This document shows positions 48,484-57,948 of a DNA stretch of 64,000 nucleotides, piece after piece. Within the stretch, counting starts at the first letter, position 1, and every line of letters begins with the position of its first letter. The notes under the pieces are model-generated. The model did no database searches and had not been told where the DNA came from. It was given only the letters and a program-made list of their open reading frames with translations. Origin of the DNA: an uncultured Planctomycetota bacterium. GTDB lineage: Bacteria > Planctomycetota > Planctomycetia > Pirellulales > PNKZ01. Both the position numbers and the translations under genes were made by a program. The DNA is taken from the NCBI GenBank assembly GCA_963708675.1, contig CAVPTO010000003.1:4740719-4804718 (forward strand). The letters run 5' to 3'.

Positions 48484-48615
48484 AACCCTTCTCCCTTTGG
48501 GAGAAGGTGCCGCGAAGCGGCGGATGAGGGCGGGTTGAATCGGTAGGCGCTTACCAATTTAACCCGCCCTCACCCGGCGACTCCGTCGCCACCCTCTCCC
48601 AAAGGGAGAGGGGTT
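48484..48615. repeat. Composite nested-palindrome element, copy C
   Basis: Order of parts: cttctccc-ttt-gggagaag, ggatgagggcgggtt, a loop, aacccgccctcaccc, then ccctctccc-aaa-gggagagggg. Fills the spacer between the stop at 48626 and the start at 48455. Confidence 0.9.
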
Positions 48616-48625
48616 CATGTTTGTC

Positions 48626-50995
48626 TTACAACATCCCCTTCATTTTTCGCAAAACCCATTCGCCGCTCAACACACAGACGAGCAGCATTAGCACCGACCA
48701 ATGATTCCACAGCACTTTCGGCGGCAACGATTCGATCGGCACCTCCTGCCCTTGCGGCAGGTCGTTGGCGAGGCGATCGACGTCGGCCATCGTGTAGGCG
48801 TGTCCTTTGCTCTCGTCGGCGGCTCGCTTCAACTCGGCCAAATCCATTTGCACATGCTCGAACTCGCCGGGCGGCGGAACGACGCGGAAATCGGCGGACG
48901 CGGCCTTTTCTTCGAGCGCCGGCGATGTGATCCAAGCATGGTATTTGCCGTCGGCTGGGCGGCTGAGCAATCCCTCGAACACGCCGCGATGTGACGGATT
49001 GCGGGCGAGCGTGATGCGGCGATTCGGGTGCCCTTCGTGTTCGATCATCACGACGACGCCTTCGTCGTCGGTCGGCGCGAGGCGATCGTCGAGAAAGCGC
49101 ACTCGCATGCGCACCGACTCGCCACGTCGGTATTCGCGACGATCGACCGAAAGCTCGGCCGTGCGTTCCTTGCCGAGCAGCTTCGAACGCGCGAGATAGC
49201 GAAGCGTTTGGACCCAGTAGCGCGCGAAGTACACATCGCCCACACGCCATCGCCATCGCCATGTTTCGTCGACATTGTGCAGCAGCACCTTGCCAGCGCC
49301 GACGTATTGCAAGGCGATGACCGGCAACGTGCGGTCGGCCAAGCGAGCTTCGGCCAGCACGCGAGCGGCGGGCTTGAGTGCCGGCGCTTCGAACAACCAA
49401 AACAGCCCCGGCAACTTCTGCCAGATCTCGATCGTCTCCTCAGGCGTGTTGCCCATTTGCATGTTTGGCATGGCGAGGCCCAACTCGGTCGGCTCGATCG
49501 AGAACGGGCGGTCGGTGGTGATGCCGTTGTCCGGACTGCTGCCGGCCGTGAAGTCGATCGGAATCAGATTCGAGAGCGGCGTATCGCGATAGGCCATTGG
49601 CGTGAAGTGTGGGCCGGCGACGAACACCAATCCGCCCCCCTTCTGCGTGACGAAGGCGTTGAGGTTGTCGATCGCCGAGACGTTGAAGTACGTCGGATCG
49701 ACGTCGCCGAAAATGATGACGTCGTACTCGAACAACTCGTCGCGGCGCACAGGGAACACACGCAGCGCCGTGTTGTCGGTTTCCGCGTAATCGAGGTCGG
49801 CCTCTTGCAGCACGGTGCGTAGCGAGACGGTGCTGTCGCGCGCGAGCATCTGCTTGAGATAGCGGAATTCGTAGTTGGGATACAACTGCACCAACAGCAC
49901 GCGGATTTGCTCCTTGCGGACCGTGACGACGCGGTGCTGAGCGTTGTTGTCGGCGTGCACTTCCTCGGTGAGCGGGCGGACCTCGACGACGTATTCGTGT
50001 TGGCCGACCTTCGACGGTCGATACGGAATGCGAACTTTTTGCGGCTTGCCATCCGCGGCGATCGTCACGTCCGTTGCCGACAACACCTCGGGCGAATCCT
50101 TCTCGCGAAGGATCACGTGCACCGTGCGACCCGCGAGCCCCGTGGCGGTGATCTTGCATTCGAAGTTGACAAAGTCGTCGACGAACACCACTTCATCGAC
50201 GAGCAGGTCATTGACTTCGAGATCGCGGACCGGGGTTTGACTGCCGAGCGCGACGGTGAACAACGGCACGCCTTTGCGACGCGCGTAGGTGGCGGCTTCG
50301 GTGATCGGCTGGCCTTCGGTGTTGATGCCGTCGGTGAGCAGCACGAGTGCCGTGGGGGGCGTGCCGCGCAGATCGTTCAGGACGTTATGCACACCTTGAC
50401 CAAGACGGCTCGCTTGCCCCTCGGCCGTGTGCGTGCGTAGCTCGCGCTCGAGGCCGTCGAGATCGCCGCTCAACGGGCGGGCAGTGTCGGAAACGAAGTA
50501 CACCTTGAGGTTGTACTGGTCGTCGATCGAGTGCAGGAGTTTCGCCTTGTCGGCCAACAACACCGACTTGGCCTGATCGAGCCGGCTGGCGTCGGAAAGA
50601 TCGGCAGACTTGAGATGCGTGTTGACGATCTCGCGCAACTTTTCGTCGTCATAACGATCGACGATGCCCATGCTCGCCGAGTCGTCGACCATAACGATGA
50701 CATACGGCAAGCCCGTGCGCGATTGCGTGACGATGAACTGCGCGAGCATAAAGGCCACGATCGCCAGCGCCGTCAGCCGCAGAAAGATGAGCAGGCCACG
50801 TGTGAAGCTGCGCGCGCCGCCACGTTCGTGGACATAACAAACGGCGACGAGCGCGACGATGGCGACGGCAAGGATCACCGTCACCCATGCCGGCAGATAC
50901 CACGTCCCTTTCAGCGAGCGCTGAATGCCTTCGCCGGAGCCGAGCGGTTCGCTGCCAAGGAACCAGTCCACGATCGAGGAGAATGACCCGTTCAT
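48626..50995 (-). CDS. Membrane VWA-domain protein with C-terminal GATase1-like module
   Basis: Start re-set to MNGSFSSIVDW (ATG 50995, ATGA overlap). MIDAS motif VMVDDSASMG. FVTQKGGGLVFVAGP module. Terminal TM segment WSVLMLLVCVLSGEWVL. Confidence 0.8.
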   Translation of the reverse strand: MNGSFSSIVDWFLGSEPLGSGEGIQRSLKGTWYLPAWVTVILAVAIVALVAVCYVHERGGARSFTRGLLIFLRLTALAIVAFMLAQFIVTQSRTGLPYVIVMVDDSASMGIVDRYDDEKLREIVNTHLKSADLSDASRLDQAKSVLLADKAKLLHSIDDQYNLKVYFVSDTARPLSGDLDGLERELRTHTAEGQASRLGQGVHNVLNDLRGTPPTALVLLTDGINTEGQPITEAATYARRKGVPLFTVALGSQTPVRDLEVNDLLVDEVVFVDDFVNFECKITATGLAGRTVHVILREKDSPEVLSATDVTIAADGKPQKVRIPYRPSKVGQHEYVVEVRPLTEEVHADNNAQHRVVTVRKEQIRVLLVQLYPNYEFRYLKQMLARDSTVSLRTVLQEADLDYAETDNTALRVFPVRRDELFEYDVIIFGDVDPTYFNVSAIDNLNAFVTQKGGGLVFVAGPHFTPMAYRDTPLSNLIPIDFTAGSSPDNGITTDRPFSIEPTELGLAMPNMQMGNTPEETIEIWQKLPGLFWLFEAPALKPAARVLAEARLADRTLPVIALQYVGAGKVLLHNVDETWRWRWRVGDVYFARYWVQTLRYLARSKLLGKERTAELSVDRREYRRGESVRMRVRFLDDRLAPTDDEGVVVMIEHEGHPNRRITLARNPSHRGVFEGLLSRPADGKYHAWITSPALEEKAASADFRVVPPPGEFEHVQMDLAELKRAADESKGHAYTMADVDRLANDLPQGQEVPIESLPPKVLWNHWSVLMLLVCVLSGEWVLRKMKGML

Positions 50996-53178
50996 GTGGC
51001 TTTCCTTCCGAAAAAGGTCGCCATGAACGTTTCGCCGACCAGTAGCGCCATCGCTGCAACCAACAGCCAAACATGCAACCACTGTCGACGCACCACGCCT
51101 TCGATCGGCTCATCGCTCGGGTTCTGCCAATCGGTGCGATGCACGAACGTAATGCCTGCCCACACACGTTCAGCCAACTCGCCGGGGTCGAGCTTCGTCA
51201 GATCGCTCTCAGCGGGATCGACATTGACGGAGAAAAGTTCCTGTCGTCCGGCGGGCAACGTTGCCGTGTACACGCCGCTGGTCGAGGTGTCGGACAGCGA
51301 CCATGCGGTGTCGCTGCCGTCGTTGGTCATGCGAACGTTGCTGGCTTCGCCGGTCGGCAGAGCGACGCGAACCTGGCCGCCGGCGGTTTGGCCGTGCAGC
51401 GAGTCGCCGACCGCCTGGCCGACGATGGCGTTGTGCTCGACTGATTGCCCCGCGACCGACAGTTGTAACAACTCGTGAACGAGAGGCGGAAAGCTGGGCC
51501 ACAACGGCATCGCGGACCACGAGACGTCGGCGCTGGTGGCAACGAGAATCGACCGACCGCGCGCGATCGGTTCTTCGACAATCGCGGGATCGCCGTTGTC
51601 GAACGCGAGCGCTACCTTTGCCGTCGAGTCGGGCGGCACGATGAGCTTGAAGTAGCGCATGATCGGCGTCGTGAGGAGGCCGGCCTGTTCCTGGTCGCGG
51701 AAAACATTGAGCAGCGCGTGTTGATAGCCGAGCGGATTGAAATGGTACTGCCCCTGCGACGCCAACTCGCCGATGGCGGCGGGGAGCACATGGGCGCCGT
51801 CGGTGCTTTGACCGGTGAGGCGACGGTTGTAGCTGTCGGCCTGCACCTGGTCGCCGAGAAAGCAGACGATGCCGCCGCCGTGTTTGAGGAACGACGCGAG
51901 GACCGAGGCTTCGCTGGCGGTGAACTGACCGACGTTGGTGAGAAACAGGCAGTCATAACGCGTGAGGTCGGTTTCGAGTAACGCGCTTTCGGGCACGACA
52001 TCGGCGGCGACAAGTGCGCGAGTGGCGTCGTTGGTCCGCGGCGCCAGCGCGACGGCGAGATAATCGGTCGCGCCTTGGAAACCACCTTCAGGCTTGCCGC
52101 TGACGCACAAGACGCGAAGCTGATCCTTCACCGTCGCCGTGAGCCAACGGTGGTTGTCGATCGTCAGCAGATCGTTGGCCAACCGAACTTCGACGGCATG
52201 ATCGCCGGCAGTGTCGAAACGATAACCAAACGAGACGGACGCCTCGCCTTGTGGCGGCAGGTCGACAAAGTCTTGGCCGATCTTGCGGCCATCGACGAAG
52301 CATTCGACGAGCTGACGTTCGTGCGAACTGCGACCGAAGTTATGCACCTCGGCTTCGAGCGTGACATCGCGAGCCACGGTCGCAAGCGGTTCGTTCAAGG
52401 CGAGTTGCACCACGGCAAGATTTTCGCTGCCGACTTGGCCGACATCGAGCACGAGCAGTCGGGCGGCCTCGGAAAGGCGGCGGCTGCGCGTGCGGAATTC
52501 ATCGCCAGGGTCGCGTAACGATGGCGACCACGTATTGCGCGCGAGATCGGTGAGAAAGTAGACCTCGCTGCGCGTGAGACGCGGGTGTTCGCGCTCGGCC
52601 GTGGTGAGAACCTCTTCGACGACGGCGAGCGTGGCGGGCAAGTCGGCGCCGCCGTGCCACAGTTTCAGGTTCTCGATCTCTTCGAGGAAGTCGCGATGCT
52701 CGAAGGCGGGCTTGCCGACGATGACGCGCGGCGGCGACGCCATCAGCACTAACGTGAAGCCGTCGCCTTGATTGCTCTCTTCGACGATGCGAGCCGCGAT
52801 TTCCTTTGCACGATCGAAACGGCTCTTCTCCGTCGGCTTGTAGGCCATCGAGAATGAACCATCGACAACGACCACCTTGTGCGTGCGTTGGTTGCCGCCG
52901 ACGCTGAGCCCCGTTTTTTCGCAACCCGGCTCGGCCACGGCCATCACGACGAGCAGAATCGCCGCGGTGCGCATGGCCAGCAGAACCCACTGCTCGACCA
53001 TCAGGCGGCGCGAGTTCTTCTTGACGGCCGCCATCAGGTACTGCATCGCCGCCCATTGCATCTCGCGATACTTCCGCTTGCTGAGCAAGTGGATGACGAT
53101 CGGCACCCCCGCCGCCGCCGCCCAAAAGAGCATCGCGGGGTGCAGGATGAACGCGGTGATGATGGGGATGGGGAACAT
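50992..53178 (-). CDS. BatA-type aerotolerance-regulator N-terminal domain / VWA-domain membrane protein
   Basis: BatA_N-like start FILHPAMLFWAAAAGVPIVIHLLSKRK. MIDAS motif VVVDGSFSM. FLKHGGGIVCFLGD module. C-terminal TM segment. Confidence 0.85.
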   Translation of the reverse strand: MFPIPIITAFILHPAMLFWAAAAGVPIVIHLLSKRKYREMQWAAMQYLMAAVKKNSRRLMVEQWVLLAMRTAAILLVVMAVAEPGCEKTGLSVGGNQRTHKVVVVDGSFSMAYKPTEKSRFDRAKEIAARIVEESNQGDGFTLVLMASPPRVIVGKPAFEHRDFLEEIENLKLWHGGADLPATLAVVEEVLTTAEREHPRLTRSEVYFLTDLARNTWSPSLRDPGDEFRTRSRRLSEAARLLVLDVGQVGSENLAVVQLALNEPLATVARDVTLEAEVHNFGRSSHERQLVECFVDGRKIGQDFVDLPPQGEASVSFGYRFDTAGDHAVEVRLANDLLTIDNHRWLTATVKDQLRVLCVSGKPEGGFQGATDYLAVALAPRTNDATRALVAADVVPESALLETDLTRYDCLFLTNVGQFTASEASVLASFLKHGGGIVCFLGDQVQADSYNRRLTGQSTDGAHVLPAAIGELASQGQYHFNPLGYQHALLNVFRDQEQAGLLTTPIMRYFKLIVPPDSTAKVALAFDNGDPAIVEEPIARGRSILVATSADVSWSAMPLWPSFPPLVHELLQLSVAGQSVEHNAIVGQAVGDSLHGQTAGGQVRVALPTGEASNVRMTNDGSDTAWSLSDTSTSGVYTATLPAGRQELFSVNVDPAESDLTKLDPGELAERVWAGITFVHRTDWQNPSDEPIEGVVRRQWLHVWLLVAAMALLVGETFMATFFGRKAT

Positions 53179-53198
53179 GTTCGTATATGTCGACTGTC

Positions 53199-53328
53199 AA
53201 ACCCCTCTCCCTTTGGGAGTGGGTGGCGAGCAACGCGAGCCGGGTGAGGGCGGGTTATGGTGGGACGCGGCTCGCGCCACGACGCACCCTCATCCGGCCT
53301 TCGGCCACCTTCTCCCCGAGGGAGAAGG
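53199..53328. repeat. Composite nested-palindrome element, copy D
   Basis: Order of parts: cctctccc-ttt-gggagtgg, gtgagggcgggtt, a loop, ccctcatccggccttcggccacc, then ttctcccc-gag-ggagaagg. Its right half is the reverse complement of the left half of copy B. Confidence 0.9.
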
Positions 53329-53340
53329 ATGTTGTTCACG

Positions 53341-54246
53341 TCATCTGCTGGTTCTTGCCATCCTTCTTGCTAAGTACGTCGAAAGCGCGACGTCCAACGG
53401 TTGATCGGTTCGCATCTCGAAATAGTCGATGCCTTGCGTGCGGCAGCCGACGCGCACTTGTCGCTGGAATGCCTGGAACTCTTCGAGATATGCCTTGCGC
53501 AGTGAACGCGGGTCGGTGAGCACCTCGGGCAGTTGCTCGAGTCCTTTGAACATCGTGGTTTGATTGAAGGGAAACGTGATCTCGGCCGGATCGAGCACGT
53601 GAAAGAGAATCACCTCGTGCCGTCGGTGACGAAAGTGCTTGAGGCCAGCGAGCATCGAGCCGACGTCGTCGAACAAGTCGCTGAGAATCAGCACCACGCC
53701 ACGCTTCTTCAGCCGCTCGGCAAGCTCGTGAAAGATCGGACCGGTGTTCGTTTTGCTCTGCGGAACGGTCTGTTCCATCAGGTGCAGCAGTTGTTTGAGC
53801 TGCGACGGATTGCTGCTGGCGCGGACGAGGGAACGAATCTCGTTGTCGAACGTGACGAGGCCGACGCTGTCTTGCTGTTGCAGAATGAGATACGACAGCG
53901 AGGCCGCGATGCACTGCGCGTATTCGAGTTTTGAGAGCGCGACGTATTCACTCTTGTATCGCATGCTCTCGCTAGTGTCGATCAGCATGTAGCTGACGAG
54001 GTTCGTCTCTTCTTCGTACTGCTTGAGGTAGACCTTGTCGGTCTTGCCGAAGACTTTCCAGTCGACGTAGCGCAGATCGTCGCCGGGCGCGTACTCGCGG
54101 TGCTCGGCGAACTCGATCGAGAACCCTTGGAACGGGCTTTTGTGCACGCCCGAGACGTACCCTTCGACAATGCTCCGGGCACGCAGCTCGAGGCCTTGCA
54201 GGCTAGCTAACGTCTGCGGGTCTAAATATTTCTGGAAGCTTTCCAC
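53341..54246 (-). CDS. DUF58-domain protein (MoxR partner)
   Basis: Motifs GVHKSPFQGFSIEFAEHREYAPGDDLRYVDWKVFGKTDKVYLKQYEEE. Its start overlaps the MoxR 3' end by 44 nt. Confidence 0.9.
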   Translation of the reverse strand: MESFQKYLDPQTLASLQGLELRARSIVEGYVSGVHKSPFQGFSIEFAEHREYAPGDDLRYVDWKVFGKTDKVYLKQYEEETNLVSYMLIDTSESMRYKSEYVALSKLEYAQCIAASLSYLILQQQDSVGLVTFDNEIRSLVRASSNPSQLKQLLHLMEQTVPQSKTNTGPIFHELAERLKKRGVVLILSDLFDDVGSMLAGLKHFRHRRHEVILFHVLDPAEITFPFNQTTMFKGLEQLPEVLTDPRSLRKAYLEEFQAFQRQVRVGCRTQGIDYFEMRTDQPLDVALSTYLARRMARTSR

Positions 54247-55261
54247 GTGCGGGAGCCTCTTCCTCGGGAACGGGGATCACTTCGATCAGCTTCTGCACGA
54301 TCCAATCGGGCTTGATCCCTTCGGCCTCGGCGTTGAAGTTCGTCATGATGCGATGCCGCAGCACGGGATGGGCGACGGCGCGAATGTCTTCGCAGTTGGC
54401 GTAGTAGCGTCCGTGCAGCACGGCGCGAGCTTTGGCGCCCATCACCAGATACTGGCTCGCACGCGGGCCGGCGCCCCAGCTCACGTAGTCGTGAATGAAG
54501 TCTGGCACGTTCTCTTTTTCGCGGCGAGTAAGGCGAGTGAACTGCAACGCGTAGCGACTCACGTGGTCGGCCACCGGCACGCGACGCACGATGTGCTGCA
54601 GCGCCATGATCTCGTCGCCCGACAGTGATGCGGTCAGTTCGGGTCGCGTGTCGTTCGTGGTGCGCTTGACGATCGCGAGCTCTTCTTCCTCGCTGGGATA
54701 ATCGACGAACGTGTTGAACATGAACCGATCGAGCTGCGCTTCTGGGAGCGGGTATGTTCCTTCTTGCTCGATCGGGTTCTGCGTCGCCAGCACGAAGAAC
54801 GGCTCGGTCAATCGATGACGTTGCCCGCCGACGGTGACTTGCTGTTCTTGCATGGCTTCCAGCAGCGCTGCCTGCGTCTTCGGTGGCGTGCGGTTGATTT
54901 CATCGGCCAGGATCACGTTGGCGAAGATCGGCCCTCGGATGAACTTGAACGCGCGCGTGCCCGAGTTCTTGTCTTCTTGAATGACTTCGGTGCCGGTGAT
55001 GTCGGCGGGCATCAGGTCGGGCGTGAACTGGATGCGGCTAAAGTCGAGCGACAACGTCTCGGCCAGCGTGCGGATCATGAGCGTCTTGGCCAGTCCCGGC
55101 ACGCCGACGAGCAGACAGTGGCCACGCGCGAACATGGCGATCATCAGCTCTTCGACCACTTGCTGTTGGCCGATGATCACTTTCGCCAGCTCATGCGTAA
55201 TGCGGCGATACGCCTGATTCAGGCGATGGACCATCTGAACGTCGTCATCGTGCAGCATCAA
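54203..55261 (-). CDS. moxR: MoxR-family AAA+ ATPase
   Basis: Walker A GVPGLAKT and Walker B ILADEINR. Shows sensor and MoxR-specific motifs (TQNPIEQEGTYPLPEAQLDRF). Confidence 0.95.
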   Translation of the reverse strand: MMLHDDDVQMVHRLNQAYRRITHELAKVIIGQQQVVEELMIAMFARGHCLLVGVPGLAKTLMIRTLAETLSLDFSRIQFTPDLMPADITGTEVIQEDKNSGTRAFKFIRGPIFANVILADEINRTPPKTQAALLEAMQEQQVTVGGQRHRLTEPFFVLATQNPIEQEGTYPLPEAQLDRFMFNTFVDYPSEEEELAIVKRTTNDTRPELTASLSGDEIMALQHIVRRVPVADHVSRYALQFTRLTRREKENVPDFIHDYVSWGAGPRASQYLVMGAKARAVLHGRYYANCEDIRAVAHPVLRHRIMTNFNAEAEGIKPDWIVQKLIEVIPVPEEEAPARGKLPEIFRPADVS

Positions 55262-55372
55262 TCGTGTCCTCGGGTCAGGTTCGACCTTGTACGCGGATGA
55301 TTAGCCGGCTCGCTCGCGAGCCGTGTCCCACCGCCACGCGGCGACCAAGGTCGCCGGCTAAACGGGATTCTC

Positions 55373-57715
55373 TCATTTTAGACTCGCACGGGCGGCTTGG
55401 GGTTCCGGAGTTGCTTTGCCGGCGGTCGACGGTGTCTCGAATCCATAGATCGTATCGCTGGTAATCGCGAGGAAGTACCCGTCGGCCACCACGAGGTTTC
55501 CGCCGCCGGCGTTGTGGGCTCGAAGCATCTCGATCGGCGCTCGCGATTCGTCCCCCGTGTGGGCGTCGAAGACGTACACTCGCTCGCGCGTCGGCCAATA
55601 CACCTTGCCATCGGCGAGCATTCCGCGTCCAAACCCGCCTGGCTTGTCCATGGGCCACGGCAAACGCGCGGGCTTACCCGTGACGATATTGAACCACCAG
55701 ATTTTGTCGCCGGTAGCAATCAGGTTGCCGCCGCTCACACCGAGCAAATGAATGGTGTCCTCAGCGAGTGTTGTTTCCCAACGCAGCTGACCGGTGCCGG
55801 CCTCGATCGCCAGAATGCGCGGGCTATCCGACGGAGCAGCGAAGACCGTATCGTTGTCGTAAATGCACGGGTTCAAGTCGCGATAGAAGTGCGGAGGCCG
55901 TCGAGTCAGGTCGCCGCCTTGAGCGCGTGGGTAACGGCGAATCCATTTGATCCGCCCATCGCGACCATCGACGGCCGCCACGGCGCCGAGGTTCGTGTTG
56001 TAGTAAAGGACGCCGCTGTGCAGACACAGCAAGTTGTGCGTCACTTCTTCCATTTGACCTTGAGCAGGCGTCTCGGCGCTGCAGATCCATCGCTGCCAAC
56101 GCAGCTTGCCGGTCGTCGCGTCGAGGCACGCGACGTGCGCCTGCGGATGCACGTCACTGCGACGCAGCGCGACGTAAAGGTTCGGGCCATCGCAAATCGG
56201 CGATCCTTCGAAAGCCCATTTGTCGTCGAGCGGAAACGACTGCCGCGAGTCCCACACGGCGCTACCTTCGCGGGCCACGTCGAGACAGATCAAATAGCTG
56301 ATCGCGTTCGGATACCGTTGATCGTTCGGATTGCTCGTTACGGGCGAACCCATGCGAGCGTACACCTTGTTCTCGTGTACGGTCAGCGTGTGACGCGGCA
56401 CGCCGAGTCGCGAACGACCGCTGTTGTGCGACGACTGCAGATCAATATCTTCGTATTGCCACGCGGCCTGGCCCGTTTTCAGGCTGAACGCCGAGATTTC
56501 GTGCTGATTGTTGATGAGCAACAAGTCGCCGACGATCGCGGGATGGTAGCTCAGCGGCTCGTGCCGATCTTCGGCGATGCGGCGCGGATACGGGCCGGTT
56601 TCTGGCGCAGATGTTTTTGGAAGTTGAATCTTCCACTTCGGCGAGCCGATATCGATCGGGCCTCGCGCGACTTTATTGCGATCGGCAGCGCCGGCGAACG
56701 TGGGCCAGTCGCGACTTGTGCTCGCGGCGGGCCATTGCTCTCGGGACTTGAGCAATGCCGCAAGCGCATCGGCCATGTTCGTTTCGCGACCGCCGAGGCG
56801 TCCGCGTGCGTCGGGATACTGTCGAGCGAACTCGGCAAACGCGGAGAGGGCCATCGGCTCCGGCGCTTCGAGAATCGAGAGCAACACCTGTCGGGCACGG
56901 ACGTCGGCGAGCGGAATGTCGCTGCCTGGATAGGTGAGTCTCGTCGGCCCTTGTCCGTGTTCACGGAAGACACGGGCGAGGGCTTTGAGTTGGCCGTCGC
57001 TCCAGCGCTCGCCGGCGGGCAGTGGCCGTAGCACGAAGAACTGGCCGTCACGGTCGGTCGATTTCACATAATCGCGATCGAGCAAAAGGGCATCGGCGTC
57101 AGCGAGGTTCGCCGCGCCGCGAAGCTTCTGATAGTCGGCGGACGGCACGTCGAGCGGCGGTGTCTCGATCAGCCGGTCCCACCAGGTTTGTGCCGCGCCG
57201 GCATCGCCACCTTCCAGAGCGAACTCGCCGAGCGTGAGCAGCGCGTCGTCGCCTTTGCTGCTGCAGAACAGGCGATCGACAAGATCCTCCAACGGCCTCG
57301 GATCGTGTGTCGACATCGCCGCCGCGTAAAGGCTGTCGGCTTCGGGATCGACGCGCTGCCGGTAGAGAGCCAAGGCGTCGGGCGGCAGACGGCTAATGAA
57401 CAGTTGGCAGTATTCGCGGACGCCGACATATCGCCAGCGGTCGGCAGGAACCACTTTCGTCCCGGGGCTTTCCATGACTTGTCGTAACGTCTCGACCGCT
57501 TCGTCCCACTGCCCATCTTCGAGAAAGGCGCGGACTCGTTCGAGATGCTGCTTCACGGCGGCGTCGACCTCGTCGACGTGGACCGAGCCGGAGAGCTCGA
57601 AATGATTGCCGTAGAAGTTGCCGAACTGGGCGGTGGAGGTGGCGGCGATCGGCCCTAGAGCTACCAGGGTCGCGAGCAGCGGCCCGATGAGGCCGACTCG
57701 GCGCACCAAACCCAT
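55373..57715 (-). CDS. Secreted protein with helical-repeat N-domain plus PQQ-like beta-propeller
   Basis: Signal peptide LLATLVALGPIAATSTAQ. The N-terminal ~330 aa are helical and TPR-like. The C-terminal ~420 aa have repeated propeller blades (GKLRWQ, GRIKWI, GQLRWE, DGKVYWPT). Confidence 0.8.
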   Translation of the reverse strand: MGLVRRVGLIGPLLATLVALGPIAATSTAQFGNFYGNHFELSGSVHVDEVDAAVKQHLERVRAFLEDGQWDEAVETLRQVMESPGTKVVPADRWRYVGVREYCQLFISRLPPDALALYRQRVDPEADSLYAAAMSTHDPRPLEDLVDRLFCSSKGDDALLTLGEFALEGGDAGAAQTWWDRLIETPPLDVPSADYQKLRGAANLADADALLLDRDYVKSTDRDGQFFVLRPLPAGERWSDGQLKALARVFREHGQGPTRLTYPGSDIPLADVRARQVLLSILEAPEPMALSAFAEFARQYPDARGRLGGRETNMADALAALLKSREQWPAASTSRDWPTFAGAADRNKVARGPIDIGSPKWKIQLPKTSAPETGPYPRRIAEDRHEPLSYHPAIVGDLLLINNQHEISAFSLKTGQAAWQYEDIDLQSSHNSGRSRLGVPRHTLTVHENKVYARMGSPVTSNPNDQRYPNAISYLICLDVAREGSAVWDSRQSFPLDDKWAFEGSPICDGPNLYVALRRSDVHPQAHVACLDATTGKLRWQRWICSAETPAQGQMEEVTHNLLCLHSGVLYYNTNLGAVAAVDGRDGRIKWIRRYPRAQGGDLTRRPPHFYRDLNPCIYDNDTVFAAPSDSPRILAIEAGTGQLRWETTLAEDTIHLLGVSGGNLIATGDKIWWFNIVTGKPARLPWPMDKPGGFGRGMLADGKVYWPTRERVYVFDAHTGDESRAPIEMLRAHNAGGGNLVVADGYFLAITSDTIYGFETPSTAGKATPEPQAARASLK

Positions 57716-57948
57716 GCGATACCTATCCTTCGCCCGAAGTGTGGCGGATCCCTACCAGGCGGCGAGATGCAGGCATCCGAGCCTTGGAGGAGCCTAAGTC
57801 ACATAAGTATAATGCTTGTCGATGGTTGTGGGAAGAGTTTGGTGGGCCGAATTCAGATTTCAAAATACTGCGCAAGCGTAAGCGCAGACAGAGTTTTAGT
57901 TTCGATCGACTCTTTGAGACATTCTAGAGCCGTCGATCTGAATCGCGG

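Noticed and set aside
54203-54246. 44-nt MoxR/DUF58 overlap as evidence of a frameshift or fusion
   Set aside because: Both proteins have complete family-typical termini, and the DUF58 N-terminus LDPQTLASLQGLELRAR is canonical. A simple overlap, or a slightly later DUF58 start, explains it.
55397-57031. 544-aa plus-strand ORF
   Set aside because: It is entirely antisense to the PQQ-propeller gene. The sequence is Arg/Ala/Gly/Val-rich with no recognisable motifs, which is the typical high-GC shadow ORF, whereas the minus-strand frame has a signal peptide and propeller repeats.
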